Of a stretch of 64,000 nt of DNA, positions 19,331 to 29,402 are shown in pieces (the stretch's first letter is position 1; each line of letters starts with the position of its first letter). The stretch lies in contig JAKLDG010000001.1 of NCBI GenBank assembly GCA_022703645.1, positions 443,277-507,276 of the forward strand, read 5' to 3'. The position numbers and the translations under genes are program-made. Below the pieces are notes generated by a model. That model searched no databases, was not told the DNA's origin, and saw only the letters and a list, made by a program, of their open reading frames with translations. The DNA is from Patescibacteria group bacterium. GTDB taxonomy: Bacteria; Patescibacteriota; JACPGU01.

Positions 19331-20296
19331 TTACTTGTCCCGATATTGCATTAATATCTGATGCTCTTCGCACGTCGGGCATAGTCCATAAATTTCAATG
19401 TTAGCATCGCATATTTTTTGCAGTTTTTTAATAATTTTTTTTCCTTCATCATTTTTGAACAGATGCTTGTAGCGTCCTTGTAAAGCCAAGTAATCCTCAA
19501 TCTTTGGTTTTAAGGCTGAAGTTTTTAAAACTTTTATTACATCTCCATTGATAATTTCTAAAACCGGATAAAATCCAGTTGTTGCGGCAAGCCGTGCCAC
19601 CTCAACTGTTTTAGATGGATCTATACCCCATCCTGGAACACAAGGTACAAGAATCTGGATATATTTTGGACCCTGATATTTCATCGACTCGCGGATTTTA
19701 TTCTCTATATCTTTCGGATAAGCAGCAGTAGAAGTCGCGACGTAAACCGCACCCATACTAACCGCAAATGCGACCATATTCTTTTTTTGTTGATCTGCCC
19801 CCCAAGACATTTTTCCTATTGGAGTCGTTGTAGTCTCTGTACCAAGCGGTGAAGACCCAGAAGCCTGCGCGCCGGTGTTTTGGTACCCTTCATTATCAAA
19901 ACAAATATATGTAATATTTTCTCTTCTTTCAAACATTCCCGCAAGCAGCCCAAACCCAATATCGAATGTTGAACCGTCGCCTGCAAAGACAACTACATTC
20001 GGCATTTCTGATTCTTGATTTGTTGTTTTTTTGTTTTCTTGTTTTCTTGATTTCAACGCTGCCAAAATTCCTGATGCTACCGCGGATGGATTCTCGAAAA
20101 GTGAATGTATATATGGAACATTCCATGCGCTTTCACCATATTTCGTCGTTGTAACTTCCAGACACCCTGTCGCGTCAGATACAATAGTATTTGGTCCAAA
20201 AGCGTTGATCACATGGATAGCGGTCATATTCTGCCCGCAACCAGCGCAAGCGGTGTGGCCGGGAAAAAGTAAGTTGTTATTTTTGTATTTTGCCAT
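19331..20296 (-). CDS. porB: pyruvate:ferredoxin oxidoreductase beta subunit (TPP-binding)
   Basis: 321 aa. 'CAGCGQ', 'GDGSTFDIGFGLLAGMFERRENITYICFDNEGYQNTG' (TPP fold); last gene of a porGDAB-type cluster. Confidence 0.85.
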   Translation of the reverse strand: MAKYKNNNLLFPGHTACAGCGQNMTAIHVINAFGPNTIVSDATGCLEVTTTKYGESAWNVPYIHSLFENPSAVASGILAALKSRKQENKKTTNQESEMPNVVVFAGDGSTFDIGFGLLAGMFERRENITYICFDNEGYQNTGAQASGSSPLGTETTTTPIGKMSWGADQQKKNMVAFAVSMGAVYVATSTAAYPKDIENKIRESMKYQGPKYIQILVPCVPGWGIDPSKTVEVARLAATTGFYPVLEIINGDVIKVLKTSALKPKIEDYLALQGRYKHLFKNDEGKKIIKKLQKICDANIEIYGLCPTCEEHQILMQYRDK

Positions 20297-20314
20297 GTTC
20301 TAAGTTAATATTTA

Positions 20315-21070
20315 TTATTTCGCGAATACTTTAAATGTTTCCTGCCAAGCTGGCTCATTCTCAACTGCTATGTAATACTGGCCAATACTAAAAAAGAAGA
20401 ATCTGTCGGGATTATTTTGATCCATCATAAATGCTCTTATGCCGTTTGTTGCTGCGTATTCTTTTGGACAATCACCCATATTTACAAAAAAAGGATCTTC
20501 TGGATTTGTTGGTACTGGGTATTTTAACGCACTCGTAAAAATATAGCTTTTTGGATATTCAACCGCATTAAAAAAATTAAGCGTTCCCGATGGGGCGGCA
20601 GTCTGGTTCGCCCAGCATTTATCTTTTGAAATTCCCTGCAAAAGTTTTTTCTCAATCGCTTGAACCAAAGTGTCACGTTTATCTTTATTAAAAACTTCTA
20701 CAAACTGCCCATCTGAAATAGGACGACCCTCAAAATTGATAAAAATCTTATCGCCCTCTTCTATAACAACAACTCCGATGCTTGAATCAGGATTTTTTAT
20801 TGTTTTGGGGTAACAAAAGCCAACCCCCAAATTATTAGAAATATATTCAGTGTAATTTTTAGGACAGTTAAGAGATGCTCCGTTATTCGTTTCCGGTTTT
20901 ACAGTAATACTTTGATTAAGATTGCTTTGATTCGCCTTCAAATCATCAATTGCTTTTTGAAGCATAGCTTTCTCTTTGTCAAAAATACTTTTTTGCCAAT
21001 ACCATACTCCGTAGCTGGAAAGCCCTGCCGCAAGAATAATTAAAAAAATTATAAAAAATATTTTTTTCAT
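20315..21070 (-). CDS. membrane-anchored hypothetical protein inserted between porA and porB
   Basis: 251 aa. N-terminal signal anchor MKKIFFIIFLIILAAGLSSYGVWYW, no known domain. Start overlaps the porA stop by 4 nt (ATGA), suggesting translational coupling. Confidence 0.6.
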   Translation of the reverse strand: MKKIFFIIFLIILAAGLSSYGVWYWQKSIFDKEKAMLQKAIDDLKANQSNLNQSITVKPETNNGASLNCPKNYTEYISNNLGVGFCYPKTIKNPDSSIGVVVIEEGDKIFINFEGRPISDGQFVEVFNKDKRDTLVQAIEKKLLQGISKDKCWANQTAAPSGTLNFFNAVEYPKSYIFTSALKYPVPTNPEDPFFVNMGDCPKEYAATNGIRAFMMDQNNPDRFFFFSIGQYYIAVENEPAWQETFKVFAK

Positions 21071-22161
21071 ACTAATAGATTTTTTATATCTTCCACACTG
21101 ACATTTCTTCCACCAAGCCCAACTATCTCATCGGCAATTTTCACTTTGCATTTTCCATAAAGAGCTTTTTTTATTTCAGTGGTGAGAATTCCTTCCGCGC
21201 CAAGAGAAACTGCGCGGTTTATCACAATCACTTTCTTCATCTTGCTGAGTACCGCCAAAATCTCTTTATCAGGAAAAGGCCGGAACATATTTATCGCTAC
21301 CAACCCAACCGGTTTTCCGGATTTTCTCAATTCATCTACTGCGATTTTGGCGGTTCCATAAATCGAACCCATACAAACATAAACTGTCTTCGCTCCAGCC
21401 GTTTTATAAGTGCTAACAGGTTCTAAGGTTCTTCCAAAACTATTTTTGAAATCCTTCATCGTTTTAATAATCAAGGACCTTGAATTTTTAACCTTTTCGT
21501 GTAGTTGGAGGCGGATCTCTTGGTATTCTTTCTGCGTTGCAAGATAACCAAAAGTTTTGGGATTTTTTACATCAAGAAAATCTACCGGTTTAAATTTTGG
21601 TAAAAACCTGTCAACATTGGTTTGTTCTGGTATATTCACTTCTTCCATCGTATGTGTCAGATAAAAACCATCCATATTCACCATCACGCTTTGATTTATC
21701 CCTTCGGCAACTTTATAAGCAACAAGATGAAGGTCAACCGCTTCTTGAATATTTTTGGCAAAGAGCATTATCCAACCAGTGTCGCGTACCGTCATCGCAT
21801 CTTGCTGATCGTTCCAAATATTTATCGGCGCGCCGACCGCTCGATTGGCGCAAGTCATCACTACCGGCAATTCCAATCCGGCAATATTGTATAAAACTTC
21901 GAGCATGAGAAGTAACCCCTGGGAAGTTGTCGCAGTATATGTTCGTGTGCCAGCGGCAGATGCGCCAAGTACGACAGAAGCAGCCGCAAACTCGCTTTCG
22001 GTGCGCACGAATTCATACTCCGCTTCCCCATCGGCTTTGAGTTTTGCCAAATCTTCAACTATATGCGTTTGCGGGGTTATCGGATACGCGCTAACAACTC
22101 CCGGTTTGCACCGGTTAATTATCTGCGCGATAGCTTGTGAACCTTCTAAAAGTTTTTTCAT
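21067..22161 (-). CDS. porA: pyruvate:ferredoxin oxidoreductase alpha subunit
   Basis: 364 aa. 'GSQAIAQIINRCKPGVVSAYPITPQTHIVE' N-terminal PFOR domain I signature. Confidence 0.85.
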   Translation of the reverse strand: MKKLLEGSQAIAQIINRCKPGVVSAYPITPQTHIVEDLAKLKADGEAEYEFVRTESEFAAASVVLGASAAGTRTYTATTSQGLLLMLEVLYNIAGLELPVVMTCANRAVGAPINIWNDQQDAMTVRDTGWIMLFAKNIQEAVDLHLVAYKVAEGINQSVMVNMDGFYLTHTMEEVNIPEQTNVDRFLPKFKPVDFLDVKNPKTFGYLATQKEYQEIRLQLHEKVKNSRSLIIKTMKDFKNSFGRTLEPVSTYKTAGAKTVYVCMGSIYGTAKIAVDELRKSGKPVGLVAINMFRPFPDKEILAVLSKMKKVIVINRAVSLGAEGILTTEIKKALYGKCKVKIADEIVGLGGRNVSVEDIKNLLV

Positions 22162-22162
22162 A

Positions 22163-22453
22163 TTAATTTTGTTTCTCCATTCTAATACATTTCACTGGAC
22201 AAACTTCAGCACAAATACCGCAGCCTTTGCAATAATCCAGATCCGCTTCGTAATATTTCCCCTTCAGGCTTGGTTGTTTTGTTTTTACGCTATCAAATTG
22301 CAGGATACAACCTTCAGGACAATAATTGGCGCAAGTTGCACAATTAATACAACTACTTTTATCTACAATAGGATAATATGTTCTCCAACCGCCAGTTTTA
22401 TTCTTCAGCGAACCGCCCGGGTTGTCAAAATTTTGATATTTTGTTTTATTCAT
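22163..22453 (-). CDS. porD: pyruvate:ferredoxin oxidoreductase delta subunit (2x[4Fe-4S] ferredoxin)
   Basis: 96 aa. Two CxxCxxCxxxCP motifs (CINCATCANYCP, CKGCGICAEVCP). Confidence 0.85.
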   Translation of the reverse strand: MNKTKYQNFDNPGGSLKNKTGGWRTYYPIVDKSSCINCATCANYCPEGCILQFDSVKTKQPSLKGKYYEADLDYCKGCGICAEVCPVKCIRMEKQN

Positions 22454-22480
22454 AATTATTTCTTTTTCTAAATTATTTTT

Positions 22481-22592
22481 GAAATTTTCAATTTTCAGTT
22501 TTCACTGTAGGTATCGCTTCGCGATATATTTAATTAAAAAATCGGATTATTGAAACATTGGTTGAAAATTGGAAATTGTAAAATTGAAAATT
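22481..22592. repeat. intergenic inverted-repeat element with central TATCGCTTCGCGATA hairpin, between porG and porD
   Basis: GAAATTTTCAATTTTCAGTTTTCAC ... TATCGC-TTC-GCGATA (22512-22526) ... TTGAAAATTGGAAATTGTAAAATTGAAAATTTG. Confidence 0.7.
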
Positions 22593-22596
22593 TGCT

Positions 22597-23253
22597 TTAA
22601 CTGTCTACCACCATTTTGTCTTCATCAACCACAGCCAGATGCTGTTCCCCCGGTATAACTACAAACTGTTTGTGCGGATCAAAATGATCATAAGCTTTTT
22701 GCGCAAGTTCGATATTTTTATTAACCATTTCGGGACCTTTATCGCCAAGTTTTTCTTCAATGGCAGCCCTCACAGCTTTCATGTCAAAAATCCCTGTGCA
22801 AAATGCAAACGCGCCAAGCAATGCCGTATTTACTATCGGTTTTCCAATGATATCGATAGCTAGAGTAACTGCATCAATACACTTAATTTTGACATCCGGA
22901 TATATTGAAAATATCTTTTTTATCTCATCTTCGCCTTTGGAAGAGTTAATCAAAACCATGTCTCCTTTATCAAGACCATTCAACATACCTTTGTTTTCAA
23001 GCAATGTCGGATCGAGAATTACCAGGTAATCCGGATTTGCAATATGATCGCGTCTGGAAATCTCTTTTTCACTAATTCGCACATAAGCTTCCACGGGAGC
23101 GCCTCGTCTTTCTACACCAAAAGAAGGAAAAGCTTGAACAACTTTCCTAGAATTGTAAGCACAAAGAGCTATCATCTCTGCCATCGTCACAGCTCCCTGC
23201 CCTCCTCTGCCATGTATGCGAACTTCTTTTAGCATATAAAAATTATAACACAA
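22597..23253 (-). CDS. porG: pyruvate:ferredoxin oxidoreductase gamma subunit
   Basis: 'MLKEVRIHGRGGQGAVTMAEMIA' gamma-subunit N-terminus. Likely true start is the second Met (about 23235). Confidence 0.82.
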   Translation of the reverse strand: MCYNFYMLKEVRIHGRGGQGAVTMAEMIALCAYNSRKVVQAFPSFGVERRGAPVEAYVRISEKEISRRDHIANPDYLVILDPTLLENKGMLNGLDKGDMVLINSSKGEDEIKKIFSIYPDVKIKCIDAVTLAIDIIGKPIVNTALLGAFAFCTGIFDMKAVRAAIEEKLGDKGPEMVNKNIELAQKAYDHFDPHKQFVVIPGEQHLAVVDEDKMVVDS

Positions 23254-23325
23254 ATAAAATGAATGGGAATAACAAAAATCCCCCGATTACTCGGGGGATT
23301 TATTAACGATTTTTCCAAGAAGTTT

Positions 23326-26061
23326 TTATTTTGACTTAAATATATCTTTTAAGTTAATACTTTTGGTCTTTGTTTGTTTCTTCTCAGAGGTACTTGCGGT
23401 TTGAGTAGTCTTAGTTCCCATTTGTTCCTTAGTCTTCTTCTTGGTAGCAGAAGTCATTTTAACAGTCTTTATTTTGCCTTGATGATTTAGTTTTAGCGTT
23501 GAATCGACATTAAATTCTTTTGGACTACCAATGTCACTTACTTCAAATGCGACTATTTTCGATGTATTAGCAATAAATGTTTGCATACAGCTAGAAGTAG
23601 AAACCAACTGCCCATTTTCATCATAAGCCCCGACCACCTTGTAACCATTTGGTACTGATGCGCAGACATCAGCTGACCAATCAGAATCAGAAGTAAAAAT
23701 GTATGGATATATATAGTTCTGAACGCCTTCCTCCCAACTTACATTTTGCGGGTAAACAACCGATAGCAAAGAACCTGTATATTCATCCTCATCAGCTGGA
23801 TTAATCTGGATACAAATCTTGGATGGGTTATTTTTTACACAATTATCTTTTATTGCTTTAAGAACTGTCGTCTTTACTTGAGCTACTGGATCGGATATTT
23901 TATCGCCATTGTAATCAAAATTAAACTTATCGGGGCTACTAATCTTACGACAAACAGTTGCAATTCTAGTTAAACCATCAATTGGGTCAGCTATTTCCAC
24001 TCTTTCAGCTACAATGTATTTATCTTTTGCTGATACACCAACTAGATCTGGACTTGAATCTAATTGCGCCTGAGTTACAGGAGTTACCTTTATATCCTTT
24101 TTGTAAGTAGTTGTGACTTGATCATAAATATCTGCGCAAGAATTTTTATAACTGCTTTCATAATCCTTATCAAAGTCATTTTTAGGACTACCGAATTTAG
24201 CTTTGACTTTTTCATAAGAGAACACCTTTGCAGTTACTGAATTAATTATCTCACCTCGAGAATCCCCTACTGGTCCCGGTATCATAGCGATTTTACTTGA
24301 ATTTTTTTGTTTGCCATTACTATCAGTTCCGGCATAACCGCTAGTTTTACCGGAATAGACAATGTGTAGATATCCTTTAATTGAAATAGCTGCTGGACAT
24401 CCTTGGAATTCAGGTTTGCCATTCATATTTGAACAGTTGTCAAAGTTATCATAGATACCATCGCCATCAGAGTCTTTGTCGATCTTAATCACTAACATCT
24501 TGTTTTCTTCCCTATTGCCAGCATTATCAGTAGAGTAATAGTAGAAGTTGTTTACTCCAAGAGTATTAACTGTAACCGGACTAGTGTATTCAGAGAAACT
24601 CCCCGTATCTCCTATTCGATAATAAGTTTTATCTACACCGGAAACGACAGGACCTGTGGTGGTTGGAGGAATGATTACTGGAACCGAATTTTGTATTATT
24701 ATTGAACCTTCTGTTGAAACCGGAAGTGTCGCTGAGATATAGTTACTTCCTGAGCCAGTGTAAACTTTTGCAAAGGCATCAGTAACTATATCAAAACCAA
24801 AGCTTTGTAATTGCATCATAATACTTGCAAAAGTATCTGGCCCCATACTATACCAAGTCCAGTGGAACACAAGCGGATCTGGGTTGCCCATTGCGCCAGC
24901 AGGAATAGTAAGGGTGGTTAAATAAGCGTAAAGATCAGGAAGCGGCTGAGGAATTGGGAGCACTGCGGGAAGAGGCTTTGGTCCTTCATTACCCCAAACC
25001 AAAACACCGGCAGGACTGCCATCCACAAACGGATAAGGTTCATTGTAATCAATTCCATTGACGCTTAAACCGGTAGCGCTAAAAAGATAACCGGCTGAAG
25101 TGCCCGAACTTGAAACAAGCAGGTTGGAGTTGATATTATCCCAACTAGTAATGATTTTGTTATTTTGATTATCATTGCGTACTCCAAATGAAACTCTCGA
25201 TAAACCGCTCCAAGGGGTAAAACTGGTCCATAGAGAAGAGCTGTTAGATGTGCCGTCCATATCCGTATCAACCATGAATCGCACCTGGCTTTGATCATTA
25301 ATCTCAAGTCGAAGTCTAATTGTTTGTCCTATTGAAATCGGATAGGTAGTAAGGAATTCATGTACTTCCGATCCACCATCCATTATATTATACATAACCC
25401 TGCCATTACCATTTTGGGAAAAATCAATACTAAACTGCAGGGCTTTACTATTATCACTGCCTCCGCTTTCCAGACCAAAAGATATTCTACCATTAGCAAT
25501 ATCAAGTTCATTAATCGTAAGATCAGTTTCAAGGAATATTGGTTTTGGGTTATTGTTTAAGTCAACATAATATGAAGGATCACTATAGAAAAATATTGAT
25601 GAATTTACTCCATTTACAGTTGTATCTAACACACCGTTATTCACGCTATAGTTTGCATCGCCATTAGTAGAATAGTCCCAAATATTACTATTGAAACCAC
25701 CATCGAAATTATCAGAAAAAGTCTGTGTGCCGGGTTGAGCTTCTTGATAAGTAGCTGAGAGATCGGGCGCACCGGCAGCTTTACTGATTTGCGGCACTTC
25801 GCCACCACCATCACCTGGATCGGTAGCTGATAGAGTTACTACCGCTTGGTCTTTGTACCAATCAGCAAAAGGCGCTATTTCTTTATCGCCTGTTACAGTT
25901 GCGGTTGTTACGGGAGCGGTAATGTCTGAACTAGCGCGAGTATAAATAATTCCCGCTACTATGACTACCAATACCAATACTCCTGCCCATAACCATTTTG
26001 GATTCATTTTCTTCTTCATTTTTTTTGTTTTTATTAGTATTTTTACCCTGCCAAACAACAC
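23326..26061 (-). CDS. large secreted hypothetical protein (911 aa) with lysine-rich C-terminal tail
   Basis: N-terminal anchor MNPKWLWAGVLVLVVIVAGII (probable start at MKKKMNPKW); Gly/Ser/Thr/Asn-rich extracellular body with a predicted Ca-binding-like 'DKDSDGDGIYDNFDNCSN' stretch; KKK-rich C-terminus. Confidence 0.7.
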   Translation of the reverse strand: MLFGRVKILIKTKKMKKKMNPKWLWAGVLVLVVIVAGIIYTRASSDITAPVTTATVTGDKEIAPFADWYKDQAVVTLSATDPGDGGGEVPQISKAAGAPDLSATYQEAQPGTQTFSDNFDGGFNSNIWDYSTNGDANYSVNNGVLDTTVNGVNSSIFFYSDPSYYVDLNNNPKPIFLETDLTINELDIANGRISFGLESGGSDNSKALQFSIDFSQNGNGRVMYNIMDGGSEVHEFLTTYPISIGQTIRLRLEINDQSQVRFMVDTDMDGTSNSSSLWTSFTPWSGLSRVSFGVRNDNQNNKIITSWDNINSNLLVSSSGTSAGYLFSATGLSVNGIDYNEPYPFVDGSPAGVLVWGNEGPKPLPAVLPIPQPLPDLYAYLTTLTIPAGAMGNPDPLVFHWTWYSMGPDTFASIMMQLQSFGFDIVTDAFAKVYTGSGSNYISATLPVSTEGSIIIQNSVPVIIPPTTTGPVVSGVDKTYYRIGDTGSFSEYTSPVTVNTLGVNNFYYYSTDNAGNREENKMLVIKIDKDSDGDGIYDNFDNCSNMNGKPEFQGCPAAISIKGYLHIVYSGKTSGYAGTDSNGKQKNSSKIAMIPGPVGDSRGEIINSVTAKVFSYEKVKAKFGSPKNDFDKDYESSYKNSCADIYDQVTTTYKKDIKVTPVTQAQLDSSPDLVGVSAKDKYIVAERVEIADPIDGLTRIATVCRKISSPDKFNFDYNGDKISDPVAQVKTTVLKAIKDNCVKNNPSKICIQINPADEDEYTGSLLSVVYPQNVSWEEGVQNYIYPYIFTSDSDWSADVCASVPNGYKVVGAYDENGQLVSTSSCMQTFIANTSKIVAFEVSDIGSPKEFNVDSTLKLNHQGKIKTVKMTSATKKKTKEQMGTKTTQTASTSEKKQTKTKSINLKDIFKSK

Positions 26062-26147
26062 TTTACAGTGATTTTGCGAAAAGCAAAATTGTTCAACAGG
26101 ATCAATATGACTTAATTAAATAATTTTAAAATATTTTACACAAAAAG

Positions 26148-26231
26148 TTATCCACAAATGGTAATCATTTGCATTTATAATAACATATTTAAAATATAGA
26201 GCAAGCTATATAAAATATTTTCTGTGGATAA
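26148..26231. promoter_or_regulatory. pair of inverted DnaA-box 9-mers (TTATCCACA at 26148-26156; TGTGGATAA at 26223-26231) upstream of the 911-aa secreted protein gene
   Basis: Two perfect 9-mers 66 bp apart in opposite orientation; both in the extended form AGTTATCCACA(A/G)A. Confidence 0.5.
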
Positions 26232-26828
26232 CTATATCCTATAAACGTAGATGTTTTTTAGGCTTCCCTTAGCGATAAAATACGTCCAGATTGGTTCCAT
26301 ATTCTGGAAACAAAATGTATTGCAAATAATGTACGTTCCAGTTTTGCACTCTTTTTTGATTTTTTCTTCAAGCTTCTCCACAATCTCAGGGAATAAATAT
26401 AGATATATTATATCCGCCTTCGAAAGATCTGTTTTGAAAAAATTGCCAAATTTTATCTTTGAGTTTTTTCTTACCTTTGATCCCGATATCAGTCTTTTGA
26501 CTTTTGCATAAAGCAGAACAGCAGGATTGATTTCAAAGCCTGTACTTTTTACCGGAAATTTTTTCGTTAAAGCAAACAGAGCCATTCCCCTCCCGCATCC
26601 GAGATCATAAAGTACCTTACCCTGGACAAATATGTCTTTGAAATATGGGTCATCGATTATTTTTTTGATAACAAATTTGTTGCTGCTCAGACTCGGCACG
26701 CGAATCATAATCATGGAAAATATAATATCGAACAGTATAAAGACTGTCGCCCCAAAAAGTATCAACATAAAAATAATATAAAGTATCTGCATAAAATGAT
26801 TATAACATAAAAAATAAAAAGGACGCAT
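26232..26828 (-). CDS. class I SAM-dependent methyltransferase with N-terminal TM helix
   Basis: 198 aa. 'VLYDLGCGRGMALFAL' motif I; 'ADIIYLYLFPE' motif-II-like. Confidence 0.75.
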   Translation of the reverse strand: MRPFYFLCYNHFMQILYIIFMLILFGATVFILFDIIFSMIMIRVPSLSSNKFVIKKIIDDPYFKDIFVQGKVLYDLGCGRGMALFALTKKFPVKSTGFEINPAVLLYAKVKRLISGSKVRKNSKIKFGNFFKTDLSKADIIYLYLFPEIVEKLEEKIKKECKTGTYIICNTFCFQNMEPIWTYFIAKGSLKNIYVYRI

Positions 26829-26852
26829 ACAATGCGCCCCTACAAATTAATC

Positions 26853-29162
26853 TTAATCTTTTTTCTCCTCTTCCTTGTTTTCTTGATTTTTTGTTTTTAT
26901 GTTTTCTTGCCCCTTAGTCGGATCTTCCCAACTTGCCCATTTACAATCAGGATAAGCGGAACATCCCCAGAATTTTTTGCGGCGTTTTGTAAATTTTACA
27001 ACAACATCACCTTTGCCGCAGTCTGGACACTTCATATCAAGTTTTTGCTCATTCATAGACTTTACATTTTTGCATTTTGGGTAAGCCGAACAAGCCAGAA
27101 ATTTTCCAAATCGTCCTTGCTTGATTACCATTTCAGAACCGCATTTTTCGCATTTTCCTCCGTTAGATTCTTTAACTGCCTCCGCTTCTTCTTTCGTTTC
27201 TTCGAGAGGCTGAGTATGTTTGCAATCCGGGAATCCTGTACAAGCAAGAAATTTACCGAACCGTCCAAATTTTTCTTTCAGCGGTTTCCCGCACTTTGGA
27301 CACATTATATCAGTAATTTTCTCTTCTCCCATAATATCTTCTTTTGAAATATCTTTATCTTTTTCTTCCAGATTTTTTTCAAATGGTCCATAGAAATCTT
27401 TAATCATTTTGTGCCAATCCTCTTTGCCTTCTGCGATATCATCAAATTCTTCTTCTACCTTCGCTGTAAAACCAATATCAACTATCTGCGGAAAATGTTC
27501 TACCAAAACATCATTCACGATTAATCCAATTTCTTGCGGATGAAATTTTTTCTCAATTAGTGTCACATATCCCCTATCTTGAATTGTCGCAAGAGTCGGA
27601 GCGTATGTGGATGGACGTCCGATTTCATTTTTTTCGAGTTCTTTTACCAGAGATGCTTCGGTAAATCTTGGCGGCGGTTGAGTAAATTTTTGTTGAGGAT
27701 CTAGATTTACCAGATCAAGATTATCCTTTTCATTAAGAGGTGGTAAAAATCCTTCTTTATCCTCTTCATCGATCTTGTCACCTTCGTCAATATCCTCTAT
27801 ATATACCTTTATAAAACCGGGAAATTTTACCACTGAACCTGTAGCGCGGAACATATAGTTTTTCGCATTAATATCTACCGATGTAGTGTCCATAACGGCC
27901 GGAACCATTTGAGATGCAACGGCTCTTTTCCAGATGAGAGTGTATAGACGAATCTGATCTTTATCTAGATATGCTTCTACATCATCAGGAGACAATTCCG
28001 GATGAGATGGGCGGATAGCTTCATGCGCTTCCTGCGCGCCCTTTGATTTATTTTTATAAAAATTTGCGTTATCCGGCAAGTATTCTTTGCCAAACTTATC
28101 ATTTATTTGTTGGCGAATAGCGGTTAGTGCTTCGCTCGCTAAGTTTAGCGAATCAGTACGCATATATGTTATCAAACCAAGATGTCCATGGGAACCCAAA
28201 TTCATACCTTCATAAAGCCTTTGCGCCACCATCATAGTTTTCTTTGCAGAGAACCCAAGTTTGCGCGCTGCTTCCTGCTGAAGTGTTGAGGTAGTAAATG
28301 GCGGAGATGGATAGCGGTTTTTTTCTTTCCTGCGAACTTCACCAACTACATAATCAGCCTTCTCTAATTCATTTAAAATCTGATCCGCCTGTTCTTTATT
28401 GACTACTTTTAATTCTTTACCATCCTTCTTAATCAATTTCGCTTGAAATTTTTCTTCTTGTTTTTTTGCTTTTTTGCTTTCTTGTTTAATTAATTCCGCT
28501 ATCAATTCCCAATATTCTTCAGGATTAAACGCCTGAATTTCGCGTTCTCTTTCAACAACTAATCGAACCGCAACAGATTGAACTCTGCCGGCTGAAAGAC
28601 CTTTTTTTACTTTTCTCCATAGAAATGGTGAAAGTTTGTAACCTACAAGACGGTCAAGGACTCTGCGAGCCTGCTGAGCATTCACAAGATTTATATCTAG
28701 TTCTCTTGGATTTGCAACCGCATCCTTCACCGCACTATCAGTTATCTGGTTAAATACAATCCTATGAACTTTAATATCATCGCTTGGCGATTCCTTAACT
28801 TTTAACTTTGAACTTTTAACTTTTAACTTCTTGGCATTTAATCCTAATGCAATACTTAAATGCCAAGCGATGGCCTCTCCTTCTCGGTCCAAGTCCGTCG
28901 CAAGATAAAGAGTTTTCACTTTTTTCAGGTCTTCTTTGAGTGCCGATACAGTTTTCTTCGCTTTTGTCGGTATTATATATTGAGGCTCAAAATCGTGTTC
29001 AACATCAACACCGAGCTTGCTTTTCGGCAAATCGCGAACATGTCCGTAACTCGCACGAACCATAAAATCTTTCCCCAATATTTTTTCGATCGTTCCTGCT
29101 TTTGCTGGGGACTCTACAATTACCAAGTTCTTACTCATAAAAGTATTTATTATAATTTTCAA
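26853..29162 (-). CDS. topA: DNA topoisomerase I with C-terminal zinc-ribbon repeats
   Basis: 769 aa. 'LVIVESPAKAGTIEKILG' Toprim, 'YLATDLDREGEAIAWH', catalytic Tyr region 'GLITYMRTDS', C4 zinc ribbons (CPKCGK...C..C). In-frame (AACTTTT)n repeat at 28786-28830. Confidence 0.92.
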   Translation of the reverse strand: MKIIINTFMSKNLVIVESPAKAGTIEKILGKDFMVRASYGHVRDLPKSKLGVDVEHDFEPQYIIPTKAKKTVSALKEDLKKVKTLYLATDLDREGEAIAWHLSIALGLNAKKLKVKSSKLKVKESPSDDIKVHRIVFNQITDSAVKDAVANPRELDINLVNAQQARRVLDRLVGYKLSPFLWRKVKKGLSAGRVQSVAVRLVVEREREIQAFNPEEYWELIAELIKQESKKAKKQEEKFQAKLIKKDGKELKVVNKEQADQILNELEKADYVVGEVRRKEKNRYPSPPFTTSTLQQEAARKLGFSAKKTMMVAQRLYEGMNLGSHGHLGLITYMRTDSLNLASEALTAIRQQINDKFGKEYLPDNANFYKNKSKGAQEAHEAIRPSHPELSPDDVEAYLDKDQIRLYTLIWKRAVASQMVPAVMDTTSVDINAKNYMFRATGSVVKFPGFIKVYIEDIDEGDKIDEEDKEGFLPPLNEKDNLDLVNLDPQQKFTQPPPRFTEASLVKELEKNEIGRPSTYAPTLATIQDRGYVTLIEKKFHPQEIGLIVNDVLVEHFPQIVDIGFTAKVEEEFDDIAEGKEDWHKMIKDFYGPFEKNLEEKDKDISKEDIMGEEKITDIMCPKCGKPLKEKFGRFGKFLACTGFPDCKHTQPLEETKEEAEAVKESNGGKCEKCGSEMVIKQGRFGKFLACSAYPKCKNVKSMNEQKLDMKCPDCGKGDVVVKFTKRRKKFWGCSAYPDCKWASWEDPTKGQENIKTKNQENKEEEKKD

Positions 29163-29272
29163 TTATCAATTCACAATTTTCAATCAATGATACAATTAAC
29201 AATTTTCAAATTTAAGAATTGAAACATTGAAAATTTATTGAGAACTGAAAATTGAAAATTGAAAATTTTTTA
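29161..29272. repeat. intergenic inverted-repeat element of (AATTTTC)n / (GAAAATT)n heptamer arrays between dprA and topA
   Basis: AATTTTCAATCAATGATACAATTAACAATTTTCAAATTT ... GAAAATTGAAAATTGAAAATTTTTT. Confidence 0.65.
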
Positions 29273-29402
29273 ACTTTCCCTTTATATCACACTTACCAAT
29301 GTCTTGTCAAAAAATATTTAATTATTTGATATTAGGAATTAGAGCTTAGAAATTTTTTGCAACAAAATACCATGATGCATAAAAACTTTACAAAAGTAGA
29401 AA

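Noticed and set aside
21845-22471. 208-aa plus-strand ORF, and other antisense ORFs at 21597-21908 and 21622-21894
   Set aside because: Antisense to porA and porD, which carry clear catalytic motifs. Spurious.
26832-27347. 171-aa plus-strand ORF
   Set aside because: Lies entirely antisense within the well-supported topA gene; low-complexity hydrophobic translation. Spurious.
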